DNA of 64,000 nt, taken from the NCBI RefSeq assembly GCF_006345805.1, contig NC_043003.1, forward strand, positions 108,624,001-108,688,000, read 5' to 3'. Shown here piece after piece: positions 51,177 through 62,883 of the stretch; position 1 is the first letter of the stretch, and each line of letters opens with the position of its first letter. Made by a program: the position numbers and the translations under genes. Source of the DNA: Octopus sinensis (taxonomy: Eukaryota). The notes under the pieces were generated by a model. That model searched no databases. It saw only the letters and a list, made by a program, of their open reading frames with translations, and was not told where the DNA came from.

Positions 51177-52901
51177 AATCATTTGTGCAGGCCGTTGAGC
51201 AAAATCCGAATGCTCATACATCGTCTTCGACAGGAGAGTCCATTATTATTATTAGTGATAGAAACAGTATAAATAGCAAAAGGCTATCTTTATATCCAGC
51301 TTATGTGGGTGTTTTGTTAGGACACTGAATATTGCTGTATTCGCCTTCAGAAGTCCTCTCATATTGATGCATGGTACATAAAAGCATTCATATTTATATC
51401 CTGGATAAACAAGAATTGACAAGTGTTTGCACTGAGCCTTATGAAGGAGATGACAGAGGACTGAGATATGTCACACATTGCTGTGCTCAGGGAAGACCTG
51501 ATCACCACAACAGTATTGAGATCTCAAAAACAAGGTACCATGTAAAAAGGACTGGTGCCACCGCTACATAAAAAGCACTGGTGCTGGTACCACGTAAAAA
51601 GCACTCAGCACACTCTGTAAAATCATTTGTGTTAGAAGGGCATCCAGCTGAAGAAACCAAGCCAAAACAGACTATGGGATCTGGTGCAGCCCTTCGCCTT
51701 GCCAGTTCCTGTCAAACCATCCAACCCATACCAGCATGGAAAACGGATGATGATGATAATCATGATGACACTGTAGAGACACAGTTTGCTAAGAGTTTGG
51801 AGAAAACGACTGAAAAGAATAAATCCAGGACAACCTGCAGTGCCATCTGCAGGTTTCAATTTAACTTGAACTTGACATGTTATATAAAATTCCATTAAAC
51901 CCTTTTGATACTAAATAATAGAATCTCCCTGTATCAAAGTGATCTAAATTCAAATTGCAGACTTCAGTGCTTTTTGGTACCATGCATCCATATAAGAGGA
52001 CTTGTCAAGGTGGGTACTGCAGAATTTGGCATTCTAACCAAACATCCACATTAAGTTGGATATAAAGATTGCCATTTGGTATTAACACTGCTTCTGTTGA
52101 TAATAATTATTTTTTAAATAAACCTGTTGGCTATATGTGACATCAGTGCCCGAAAAAAATCCATGTAACTCTATACATCGTTGGCAGAAAGACTTGGCTA
52201 ATTAATATGCAGCAAGCGAAGAGACAGTATGTTGAAATCACATGATCTGGTAGTTCTGTTGTCAACAGCAGTCAATTCTTGTTTATCCAGGACTAGCAGT
52301 ATCGCCCGGCGTTGCTCAGGTTTGTAAGGGAAATAACTATAAAGCATTTTTAGAGAGTTATAGCCAAAAAATAGCAAAAAAATGGAAAAAAAATGATGGT
52401 AAATTTTTTTTTGAGAGTAAAAAAAGGTTGAGTTGCGTCCCCTAGACAGTCTGTGGTTTGTTTTTTTTGATTCTCGACCCCATGTCGAATTTATCGATTT
52501 TTTTCAGAACTGGGGGAACTTTTCAAAATTTTCGCTGCGTTAGTTTTGAATTATGACATTGGGCTATGTGTGTGTCAAGTTTCATCAGAATCGGTTGAAA
52601 GCCATGGTCAGAGTGAGGGTACGAGAAAACAGACACACAGAAACACGCACAGACAAACTGCCGTTTATATAGAGAGAGATATAAATATGAATGCTTTTAT
52701 GTACCATGCATCAATATGAGAGGACTTCTGAAGGCGAATACAGCAATATTCAGTGTCCTAACAAAACACCCACATAAGCTGGATATAAAGATAGCCTTTT
52801 GCTATTTATACTGTTTCTATCACTAATAATAATAATGGACTCTCCTGTCGAAGACGATGTATGAGCATTCGGATTTTGCTCAACGGCCTGCACAAATGAT
52901 T
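51177..52901. repeat. 244-bp perfect inverted duplication (51177-51420 versus 52271-52292 plus 52680-52901)
   Basis: Base-by-base comparison found no mismatch once the Helitron is removed. Confidence 0.9.
52293..52679 (-). mobile_element. non-autonomous Helitron
   Basis: Minus strand starts TC and ends CTAG; hairpin at 52305-52320 lies 8 nt from the end; inserted between A and T with no TSD (empty site visible at 51390-51410). Confidence 0.9.
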
Positions 52902-55294
52902 TGTTTCAAGTGATCAAATGTTCATGCCACGCATCAGCTCATTCTCTGCATCGAGTCAACATTGTCTGAATAAGTGCAATGTGTGCCACACATCAGGTGT
53001 TGAAGTGATTGCAGAGCAATTGGGAATGAAATGTCTTGCTCAAGAACACAACACATCACCAGGTCTAGGAATTGAAATCAGGATTGCTAGATCATGAGTG
53101 CAACACCCTAACCACTAAGTCATGCACCCTCACAAATACTCCTACTATTACTACTGCTCTAGTAAAAATGATAATTATTATTATTATTTCATGTTAGCAC
53201 AAGTCAGCTACCATTGCAATAAATACGTAGCACATTGTTAAACTAAGTCTCCCAAATCTGGATAACTTTCAAACAAAACCCACTTATCCAGATTGAAGTT
53301 TAAGAGTATTGCTCGTTTTTAGACGGAGCTGATTGAGATAAAACAAGATTAATACATGTTGCCAATGCAATATCTGCAAGAGGATTTGAAATCAGCAGTC
53401 CACCAAGTTAATCTTTCACTCATACAATACCTTATTCATGCAGGAATTAAAAACAAAACAAAGAAAATAATCTTCTGATTTTGATATCCAATATTAGCAA
53501 GGAAGGTCTTCTTATAAAGATTATTTAGTGACTATACAACAAATAAAAATTAACAAATGAAGACAATATTGAGGTGAATTACATTGTATTAAAGAACTTT
53601 CATTATTGTAATTCTGTTGAAATACACTGACTTTGCTTGAATTTATTTGGAAAATAATGAAGAATTTCACAAAATAATTTTGTCATTATTACACTGGTGT
53701 TTTGAACAAAATTTAATATGAAATTTTGAAGGAAGGTTTTAATTTAGATCACTTTAAAAGAGAAAATCTATTTTACTGAGCCAATGGTGGTCTCAGCTGG
53801 GTTAGTATTGAAAGGTTTAACCCCTTTGTTATAATATTTCTGTTGAAATACATTGCCTTTCTTTCATTTATTTTGAAAATAATGAAGGAATTCATAAAAT
53901 AACTGTCATTATTAAAATGGTGTTTGGAAGAGAAATTAACATGAAATTTTGACTGAAGGGTTTAATTTAAATCCTTTTAAACAGGAAGTTTGTGGCACAG
54001 AACCAGGAGTTGTAGTCTCAGGTGGCTTGAAATCAAAAGAGTTAAAACTGGGATATATTTGGATCAGAATAATTTCTTGAAAATGTTACAAAATGTGTCA
54101 CCATTTTTTTCAGTATTGATAAAGAGGGTCGTTAATGATTGCCGAAAGCAATGATTCAGTACATGCAAATTTCATTGTATCAATTCTTTCATTCACGCTA
54201 GAATGTGGAGAGAAGCTTTTGAAAATATGAATAGTTTTGATGCCCTTCAATCCAGTTAAATGCAACACTGTCCATTTTGGTCAGAAGTAGGGATAAACAT
54301 CCAGCTATAGAAACCCTGCCAGAACAGACAATGGAGCCTGGTGTGCCCCCCCCCCCGACCAGTTCCAATAAAACTGTCCAACTTATGCCAGGAAAATGAA
54401 TGTTAAATGATGATGGTGAGCATTCATGAACTGAAGACTCACTAAAGTTGGCTTTTTTTTTTACAAATGTGTAGATAAATATGTTTGTTTTGTTTTGAAG
54501 GATAAGAAAAGAAGTGATTTTTTAAAATCTCTTTTCATTTTTTCTTTTTATCTGATTAATAACTACTTGCACATATTGTCTGGCTGATAAAGTTCAAAAG
54601 ATTTAACATCCCATCATCTTTAACACTCTATGTAGGGCTAGCAAAACAAATGAAACAAGGAAAGTACATTCTAAAAACAAAAGACTGAAGTGTACCCCAT
54701 TGAAAGGATTTATATATCACCCGTGTCATCTATATCAACCAGACTATTGGATGTTATGCATCACTGGTCACAATGCACTTCTAATTTTTTACTGATTGCA
54801 TCATTCTTTTCCATCTTAGTCCAAATAGTTTAACTAAACCATTTTCCCACCAGCATGGAGGATTTACTTTGAAAACACTTTCCTTCCAGACCCCCTAGGG
54901 AGCTGGCTGAACCAAAGTAAGCATTTGTTCTACTCACCTACTTAAAAATATATATTCTTTTTCTTTGTCTCTTGTTCAAAACGCTTCCTTTCAGATACAC
55001 AGGCATATACACATGCGTGTATACACAAACACACACTCACTTTCTCCCCATTCCTCTCCCTCTTTTCCTACTCTATACACTCCACATTACTCTTCTTTCC
55101 CCCCCCTCTCTCTCTCCACCCCAACCAATTCACTAATACTATAAAAAGAGACAAATCCCATCACAAAATTTAAATCTGAAGAATCTATTGGAGTAGATGA
55201 AAGCGCCTATATGTGATTTATAAAAACATATGATATGTTAATAGATATTTGTAATGTACAACCATCCAGATCTCTGAATACATTATTTTTTCTA

Positions 55295-55340
<46 letters not shown>

Positions 55341-58303
55341 AGATTAGGCAATCACTTTAGTAAGGTCTAACTAAAATATAAAATTAAAATGTTTGGCTGT
55401 GAACCAACTATTGCATTATGCTGTAGGAAGTCTACAAAAGGGATTCTATTAAAACAGAAGTGGCTCAGAACACTGAAATACTGTGGGTGTGTGGAGGGAG
55501 ATATTCTTTCCTCTTTCGACAATCAATAAAATAAACAGAACCATTGCATAATGGGAAAAAAATATCTTTACAAAATGTTTTGTCATTTTTACTGAAATGC
55601 ACAGCCTTGAATGCCTTTATACAGAATATTTGAAGAGAATCATCTACACCAAAGATCTCGTTAAAATAAAATTAATCCTTTTGATTCCAACTGTCTGATT
55701 CCAACCTTGGTTCTAAGATACAAATTTCCTGTTTAAAAGCAATCTAAATTAAAACCTATCAAAATTTCATCTTAATTTGTGCTTTCAAACACCAGCTTGA
55801 TAATGGCAAAGTCATTTAACTAAATTCTTCATTTTTCTCAAAATTAATTGAAACAAAAGCAGTGTATTTCCAACAGAAATATGGTAGTAAGAATGGGTTA
55901 AGGAATGGATTTCAAAACAGGCTATTATCTATATAAAATAGGAATGAAAGTGAAATTAATCTTTTCAAAAACAAAGACCCATAGATTCAGTTTTCAACTC
56001 CACCTTCTGTACCACAAAGTGAATTTGATTTAACCTTTTTAATTCCAAACTGTTTGTGACAACCCTGGATATGATACAAATTTCCTGTTTCAAAATGAAC
56101 TGAATTAAATCCTATTAAAATTTGCTTTCAGTATATGCTCCCAACACACGCATAATAATGACAAATTGGTTTTACGAAATCTTCCATTATTTTTAATGTT
56201 ATTCGGAAAGAAAATAGCAGTATATTTAGACAGAAATATGGTAACAAAAGGGTTAATCTTACCCTGGATAGAACAACAATCCTGTCTATCACATTTAATA
56301 TATCATTGTCATCAAGAACATTTTGATCTCAATTAAAATGTGGTTATTGATGATAATGAGGGACTCTCTCACAGTTACACAACATATGAGAAAAAGCAAT
56401 CAAATAACCTTCAAGTTACATTTTACTATATCAAAGCGAGAGGGAAAAATAACATATTAGATAATATATAAGTCCAGTAACAGATAATATATACCAATAC
56501 AAAACGTTTAAAACCCCAGATGGCAGTAGCTAGCATATGTCTTTGGTTATTAAGTGTGATAGATCAGCATTGTTAACCAGGGACTTAAACAGCAATATTT
56601 CAACACAGCAGGCTTCTCCATGTTGAATTGATCTTCTATACACTGAAATGACTTTCAACTCCAACTAATCCTTTGAAATATGTAACACATGCTGTCTTTG
56701 TACAAGTTATACAGCATTTCTAAATAAACTAGAGCACTACTTAGTAAATCACATGCACCATCATCATCATCATCATCATTATTATCGTTGTTATTGTTTG
56801 AAGTATAACAAAAACACCCAACCACCAATTTTAGCCAGGGTCACAGGCTCTCAACCCGACCATAAATATTGTGTTCTTTCTTTTGTTTATATCAGAAGTG
56901 GAACACATGCATCTTTAATGCCACAGGCAGCCTTCAGAAAGAAGTACAAGGTCTGAAGAGAAATTACACTTGCAATACATTTTTGTCAAGTTAATTTACA
57001 TTTAAAGCTCATCTTTGTCAACTAATTGCACTCTTGTGATTACTCGTTTAATCCTCTTCTTATTTCTATCGAGACAAACTGCCTCGAAGATTTTAGTAAA
57101 AATAGCCCATTATTAAGCTGGGCATGAGCTGGCAAAATCATTAGCATCCTGGGAAAAAAAAAAAAACCCTGCAATTCTGAATCTTTACATTCTAGTTTCA
57201 ACTGTGGTCGATGGCATCATGTAAACTTCCCTCCGAAACCCGTTGGCCTTGAGCTTGCACCAGAAATCTTTATTTAGCTGGAGTTTAGAACATAAATTAA
57301 CAGGAAATTTTGCTGGAAGGTTTTTAATTTGGAAGTGTGAATCATAGAACCAAGGATGGTGATGGGCAGGTTGGCATCAAAAGTGCCAAAGTAATTTTCT
57401 CTAAAACATAAACAGGCAGGCATGGCTGTATGGTAAGAAGCTGCATCCGACCACATGGTTCAGGGCTCAGCCCCACTGAAGGCAAGTGTCTTCTACTACA
57501 GCCTCCAACCAACCAAAGCCTAGTGAGTGGATTTGGTAGACGGAAACTGAAAGAAGCCTGTTGTATTTAGTGTGTATGTGTTTGTCCCCACACCACTGCT
57601 TGACAACCTGTACTAGTCTGTTTACTTACTCATAACTTAGCAATTAGCAAAAGAGACTGATACAATAAGTACCAGACCTTGAAAAAGATAAGTACTAGGG
57701 CCAATGCAGTTCTTTAAGCATTCTCCAAAATGGTGCCACAGCATGGCCACAATCAAATGATTAAAACAAGTAAATATCTTAACAGAGAGAAAAGAAAAAG
57801 AAAAAAGTAGAGTAGGTGCTTATTCTGACAATTCAGTTTTTCATGTTTTGTTATAGTTTTTAAAGATAAATTGTATTTTATGAAATAGGTTTAACAACAT
57901 TTGAATTGTTTTTTAACCCTAAATAGCCCTGGCTCCTAACATGGTTTATTTAATTTGCTGTAATTTTGTGGTGGAAATAACTGGACAGAATTGGTATTGA
58001 AACCTGGGGCTAAATGACAGCCTTATAACAAATCTTCAAGTGTAGAGATCTGAGCTTATAACATAACACAGGCTACTAATTTCTGCTAAGTTTAAAACTC
58101 ACGGCTGATCTTGACACATAAATACGATAATACCTGATGGGATTAAGAGCATGAAAATTGTAAATAAAAGATTTCTGATCATGCTAGAAATGTATTAAGA
58201 ACATTCTTGAATGTTGCTGTTGTTGATGACGATGGTGATGATGTGATATTTAAAAATAAAACAAAATTTCATTTCTATATTCACGAGATGAGGAATTATG
58301 TAC

Positions 58304-58470
58304 ATTATTTCCATTTGACGGATATTTGTCCTCATCTTGTTTGTTGTTAACACAATGTTTTGGCCTTTATACTTTCCAGCCTGATGAAGGCTGGATGGGA
58401 ATATATCAGCTAAAACGTTGTGTTAACAACAAACAAGATGAGGGACAAATATCCGTCAAATGTAAATAAT
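58304..58470. mobile_element. foldback element centred on a decayed hammerhead core
   Basis: ~60-bp arms (attattt.catttgacggatatttgtcc...gttaacaca) around CTGATGAAGGCTG...CAGCTAAAACGTT. Confidence 0.65.
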
Positions 58471-58941
58471 GAAATTTCCATCCATGCTGTTATTTATCTA
58501 ATTTTATAACCTCAAACAAATTAAAGAGCCTGGGTTGTGTGTGAATGAGAGAGAAGGGGAGAGAAGAGGTGGTGGGGGAGCTTAGGAAAACAACATCTCA
58601 GTTTCCATGTTAATAGTTTCAAATTGCCCATTTTCCAGGAAGGTCTCTAATTCTCAATGGGTCAGTGAATGTATCCTTTAGTCTAAGTGCATGCACACAG
58701 AGACCTACAAACACTTCCTATTAAATGGAAAAGCAGACAAACATCTGGGAATACATTCCAAAGAAAGCACTTATATATATCCCCATCGATATCCTTTAGA
58801 AGCCTTGACTGAAGTTCAGCACATCTCAGATGTAAGACCTGAGACGCTCACAGCTGGTTGGCCACGGCTTTCTTTAACCCTTTCATTGCTATACATGAAG
58901 AGACTGACAATGCACAGCAGTAGATATTTCCAATATTTATA

Positions 58942-59341
58942 GGCGCAGGAGTGGCTGTGTGGTAAGTAGCTTGCTTACCAACCACATGGTTCCGGGTTCA
59001 GTCCCACTGCGTGGCACCTTGGGTAAGTGTCGTCTACTATAGCCTTGGGCTGACCAAAGCCTTGTGAGTGGATTTAGTAGACAGAAACTGAAAGCAGTCC
59101 GTCGTATATATGCATATACATGTGTGTGTATATATGTTTGTGTGTCTGTGTTTGTCCCCCCAACATCGCTTGACAACTGATGGTGGTGTGTTTACGTCCC
59201 CGTAACTTAGCGGTTCGGCAAAAGAGACCGATAGAATAAGTACTAGGCTTACAAAGAATAAGTCCTGGGGTCGATTTGCTCGACTAAAGGCGGTGCTCCA
59301 GCATGGCCACAGTCAAATGACTGAAACGAGTAAAAGAGTAA
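58942..59341 (+). mobile_element. full-length tRNA-derived SINE, family A
   Basis: A box TGGCTGTGTGG, B box GGTTCAGTCC, internal (TA/TG)n, tail gagtaaaagagtaa; many partial copies (about 43430-43640, 44050-44400, 49915-50230, 57410-57790). Confidence 0.9.
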
Positions 59342-59945
59342 TATAATCAAGACTTGAGAGGTTTAATATACTTTGAACACTTTCGTAAGGCAGGTCTCAG
59401 GTAAGATAGGATTAAAAATTTTGAGCAAAATTGACCAGGGATACTCAGCAGCTATAACAACAACAACAATCTCTGCATAATCCGTGTGGTGTCTGTCTTC
59501 TCCCATTCCTCTTCTATGAGAACTAAATAGAACAACTTCTCTGCTTCTTGTTGTCAGTTATGCTGTTTTAATTGTATTCTGCTAAATCCAATAATGTTCC
59601 AAGCATTAAATTTTAAACAAATTACCACATAAATGCACTGATTTTAAATAGCGACATTTACACTTCAGATCTAAAAACCCTCATCACCCCTTGATCTAAA
59701 AACCCTAATCACCCCTTACCTTGGGAAAAGGGTTATGTTCTTCTTACTTAGAATTCACAGTTTACTATTTACTGGTGTATAAAACTCCTACTTTTTTGTG
59801 GAAAAAACAAATTTAATATGTTTCATCATATATTTGGTATCCCATCTATAATACAGTTGCATTAGATGGCTGGCAATTATTTGTTATTACGTTTATATAT
59901 TTGTTTTGCAAGATTTTTGATGTGAAATCCTGTGTTGAAACACAT

Positions 59946-60275
59946 GTTGTATTTAGGAATGGTCATTTTGCCAGTTTAGCCAATAAAAAAACACACACAC
60001 TAACTAAACATAGACACACATAGAGATATACTCATGTGCAAATTAAGACATACAATAGAAATACAAAATGGCTGACAGTTAGTAAGGAGAGACACACAAA
60101 TAAGAAAGAAGAAAGCAAAGGACCACTGATGCGGTCACAGGAGTGTGACGAAAAAACTCTGGCCGAAATAAGATTAATGTAAAAAATAAATAAAGCTGAA
60201 GCAAAGTAACACCAAATATGTAGTGAGTGTGTATTTATTGGCTAAACTGGCAACATGACCATTCCTAGATACAAC
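59946..60275. mobile_element. element with ~55-bp inverted repeats and a decayed hammerhead-like motif in the spacer
   Basis: gttgtatttaggaatggtcattttgccagtttagccaataaa versus tttattggctaaactggcaacatgaccattcctagatacaac; a solo arm lies at about 17437-17480. Confidence 0.6.
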
Positions 60276-60742
60276 AATAATTTTTCGTTATATTTAAGAA
60301 TGAAAACCCCCACATCTTATATGCTGGTATATACAGTAAGAAAAATAAAGACAAAGAATCACAAAATACAATACTTCTTAGATTAGAGAGTGAGTTTTTA
60401 TTTGCATGAGTACAAATTCTGCTATTGGTATTATATTTAAATGGATATCAACAACACAAGTTAAAACTATCCCAAGATAGAAAATTATATGTAAAACATT
60501 TCAGTAAATCATTTACTATTCCCATTTTGCTACCCATTTGAATGTTGTGCAATTTTGAGAGAAAACAAAATATCCTTATATTCAAATCAATTACTAGTGG
60601 TGGTCAGCAGTTATAGTAAGTATCTGAAAAGCATAAAGTCTGACACAGGTGAGGTTCTGATTGCATGCTTTGGATGACATAGGACATCATGCATTGAAAC
60701 TTCATCACAGATGAGCCATTGCAAAGCTTTTTTTTTTTTTTT

Positions 60743-61020
60743 GGCCATGGCCTAGTGGTTAGAGCAGCGGAATCGCGGTCGACAGATTGCGGGTTCGAAT
60801 CTCGGACTGGACGATGTGTGTGTTTATGAGTGAAACACCTAAGCTCCACACGGCTCTGGCAGAAGGTAATGGCAAAACTTCTGCTGACTCTTTCACCACA
60901 ACTTTCTCTCACTCTTTCCTCCTGCATCTTGCAGCTCACCTGCGATGGACCAGCGTCCTGTCCAGGTGGAGAACCTAGAAACCGGCCCTTATGAGCCAGG
61001 CATGGCTTGAGAAGGAACAA
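60743..61020 (+). mobile_element. tRNA-derived SINE, family C head with a different 3' part
   Basis: A box tggcctagtgg, B box ggttcgaatc; ctgcgatggaccagcgtcctgtccagg resembles a V-SINE-type core (tentative). Confidence 0.75.
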
Positions 61021-61270
61021 ACATTGCAAAGCTATGGAGAAAGTAAACACCATTCAAATCTCTTTTTGGTGAGCTGAAGTGAAGCTCCTCTTTCTATTTA
61101 ATATTTGAAAGATACAGGCATGGCTGTGTGGTTAAGAAGCTTGCTTCCCAATGACAGGGACATGGGTTCAAGTCCCACTACATGACACCTTAGAAATTTT
61201 TTTTCTAAAATAGTTCCAGGCCAGCCAAAGTCTTGTATGTAGATTTGGCCAACAGAAAAGAAGCCTGTCC

Positions 61271-61405
61271 TATACATGTATATCTATATATGTATGTGAG
61301 TGTACATGTATATCTATATATGTATGTGTGTGTGTGTGCATGTATATCTATATATGTATGTGTGTGTGTGTGCATGTATATCTATATATGTATGTGTGTG
61401 TGAGT
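61271..61405. repeat. ~34-bp tandem repeat, four units, inside a SINE microsatellite
   Basis: catgtatatctatatatgtatgtg repeated four times. Confidence 0.85.
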
Positions 61406-62267
61406 ACATGTTTGCTCCTTCTCGTCTCAACATACCATGAGTCGTAAACAAGGGTCAGATGAGCAGAATCATTCATTTCTAATTTTCTGCAAAAACATGT
61501 CTGACCATTTTGCTTTGCAAACAGGTAAGGGTTGTTGACAGGAAGGGCATCCAGCCACAGAAAATCTGCCTCAATAAACTCCTTCCAACCCCAGCAAGTA
61601 TGGAAAAGTGGATGCTATTATGATGATGATGATGATAATGATTTGAAAAGTTTAGAATCAGAAATAGTGAACTTTAGAGAAATATTTGCTCTCAAGTCAT
61701 CTACAATACAGAAATTTTTATCATCTTACAATAATGCTAACGGGGGGGGGGGGGGGCGTTGAAATAACAAAGTAAAAAAAAAAGCATTTTGTTATTAAAG
61801 GTTTTATAATGAGGATATTTTTAGTGAGAGAAAAATTCCAAGTTCATATTGTTTAGTTATAAACCCTGTCAAAAGATTTTTGTCAGAATCTCCTGATACA
61901 TGGCTTAACAAGAAAAAGAAGAAAGGAGAGGAGAATCTAAATGCTTCCAATTGAGTCCCTTACCACAATTATCATGCCCATAATTATTAATGATATCATC
62001 ATCATCATCATCATATATAAAAAAAAATTTTATTACAAGAATATTGAAATTCCTCACTGTTGACTAAAAGTTATTTTGCAGTGACATTTTAATTTTAGGG
62101 CAGTTAAAAGGGGTTCACTCCTTATTGAAAGGTTATCTTGCCTGCCCACTGACTTCCACAGATTCCCATGTGTAAAAAATAAAAGGAAAATTTTCGAAGC
62201 TCTAAGAAAATATTATCGAAGAAAAGAGAATGAAAATGGAAGTGAAACAATATCTTAATTATTATTT

Positions 62268-62469
62268 TACTCTTTTACTTGTTTCAGTCATGTGACTGTG
62301 GCCATGCTGGAGCACCACCTCTAGTCGAGCAAATCGACCCCAAGACTTATTCTATGTAAGCCTAGTACTTATTCTATCGGTCTCTTTTGCTGAACCGCTA
62401 AGTTACGGGGGCGTAAACACACCACCATCGGTTGTCAAGTGATGTTGGGGGGACAAACACAGACACACA

Positions 62470-62520
<51 letters not shown>

Positions 62521-62683
62521 CGACAGGCTTCTTTCAGCTTCCATCTACCAAATCCACTCACAAGGCTTTGGTTGACCTGAGGCTATAGTAGAAGACACTA
62601 GCCCAAGGTGCCACGCAGTGGAACTGAACCTGGAACCATGCAGTTCGTAAGCAAGCTACTTACCACACAGCCACTCCTACACC
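62268..62683 (-). mobile_element. full-length tRNA-derived SINE, family A, inverted relative to 58942-59341
   Basis: Reverse complement aligns end to end with 58942-59341 apart from microsatellite length. Confidence 0.9.
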
Positions 62684-62840
62684 CATTGCATATTTTTCCT
62701 CATCTTCCTATCATTTTTTTTAATGCAGATAAGGCTTGGTAGTATAGTTAAAGACATTTTCTTCCCAACCATGTGGTTTCAAATTCAGTCCACCTTGAGC
62801 CAGTGTGACAAGCTGACGTGGGACACAAAAACTCATTGTG

Positions 62841-62883
<43 letters not shown>

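Noticed and set aside
58942-59015. tRNA-like sequences with A and B boxes here and at 45835-46137 and 60743-61020
   Set aside because: SINE heads continuous with SINE bodies; no complete cloverleaf.
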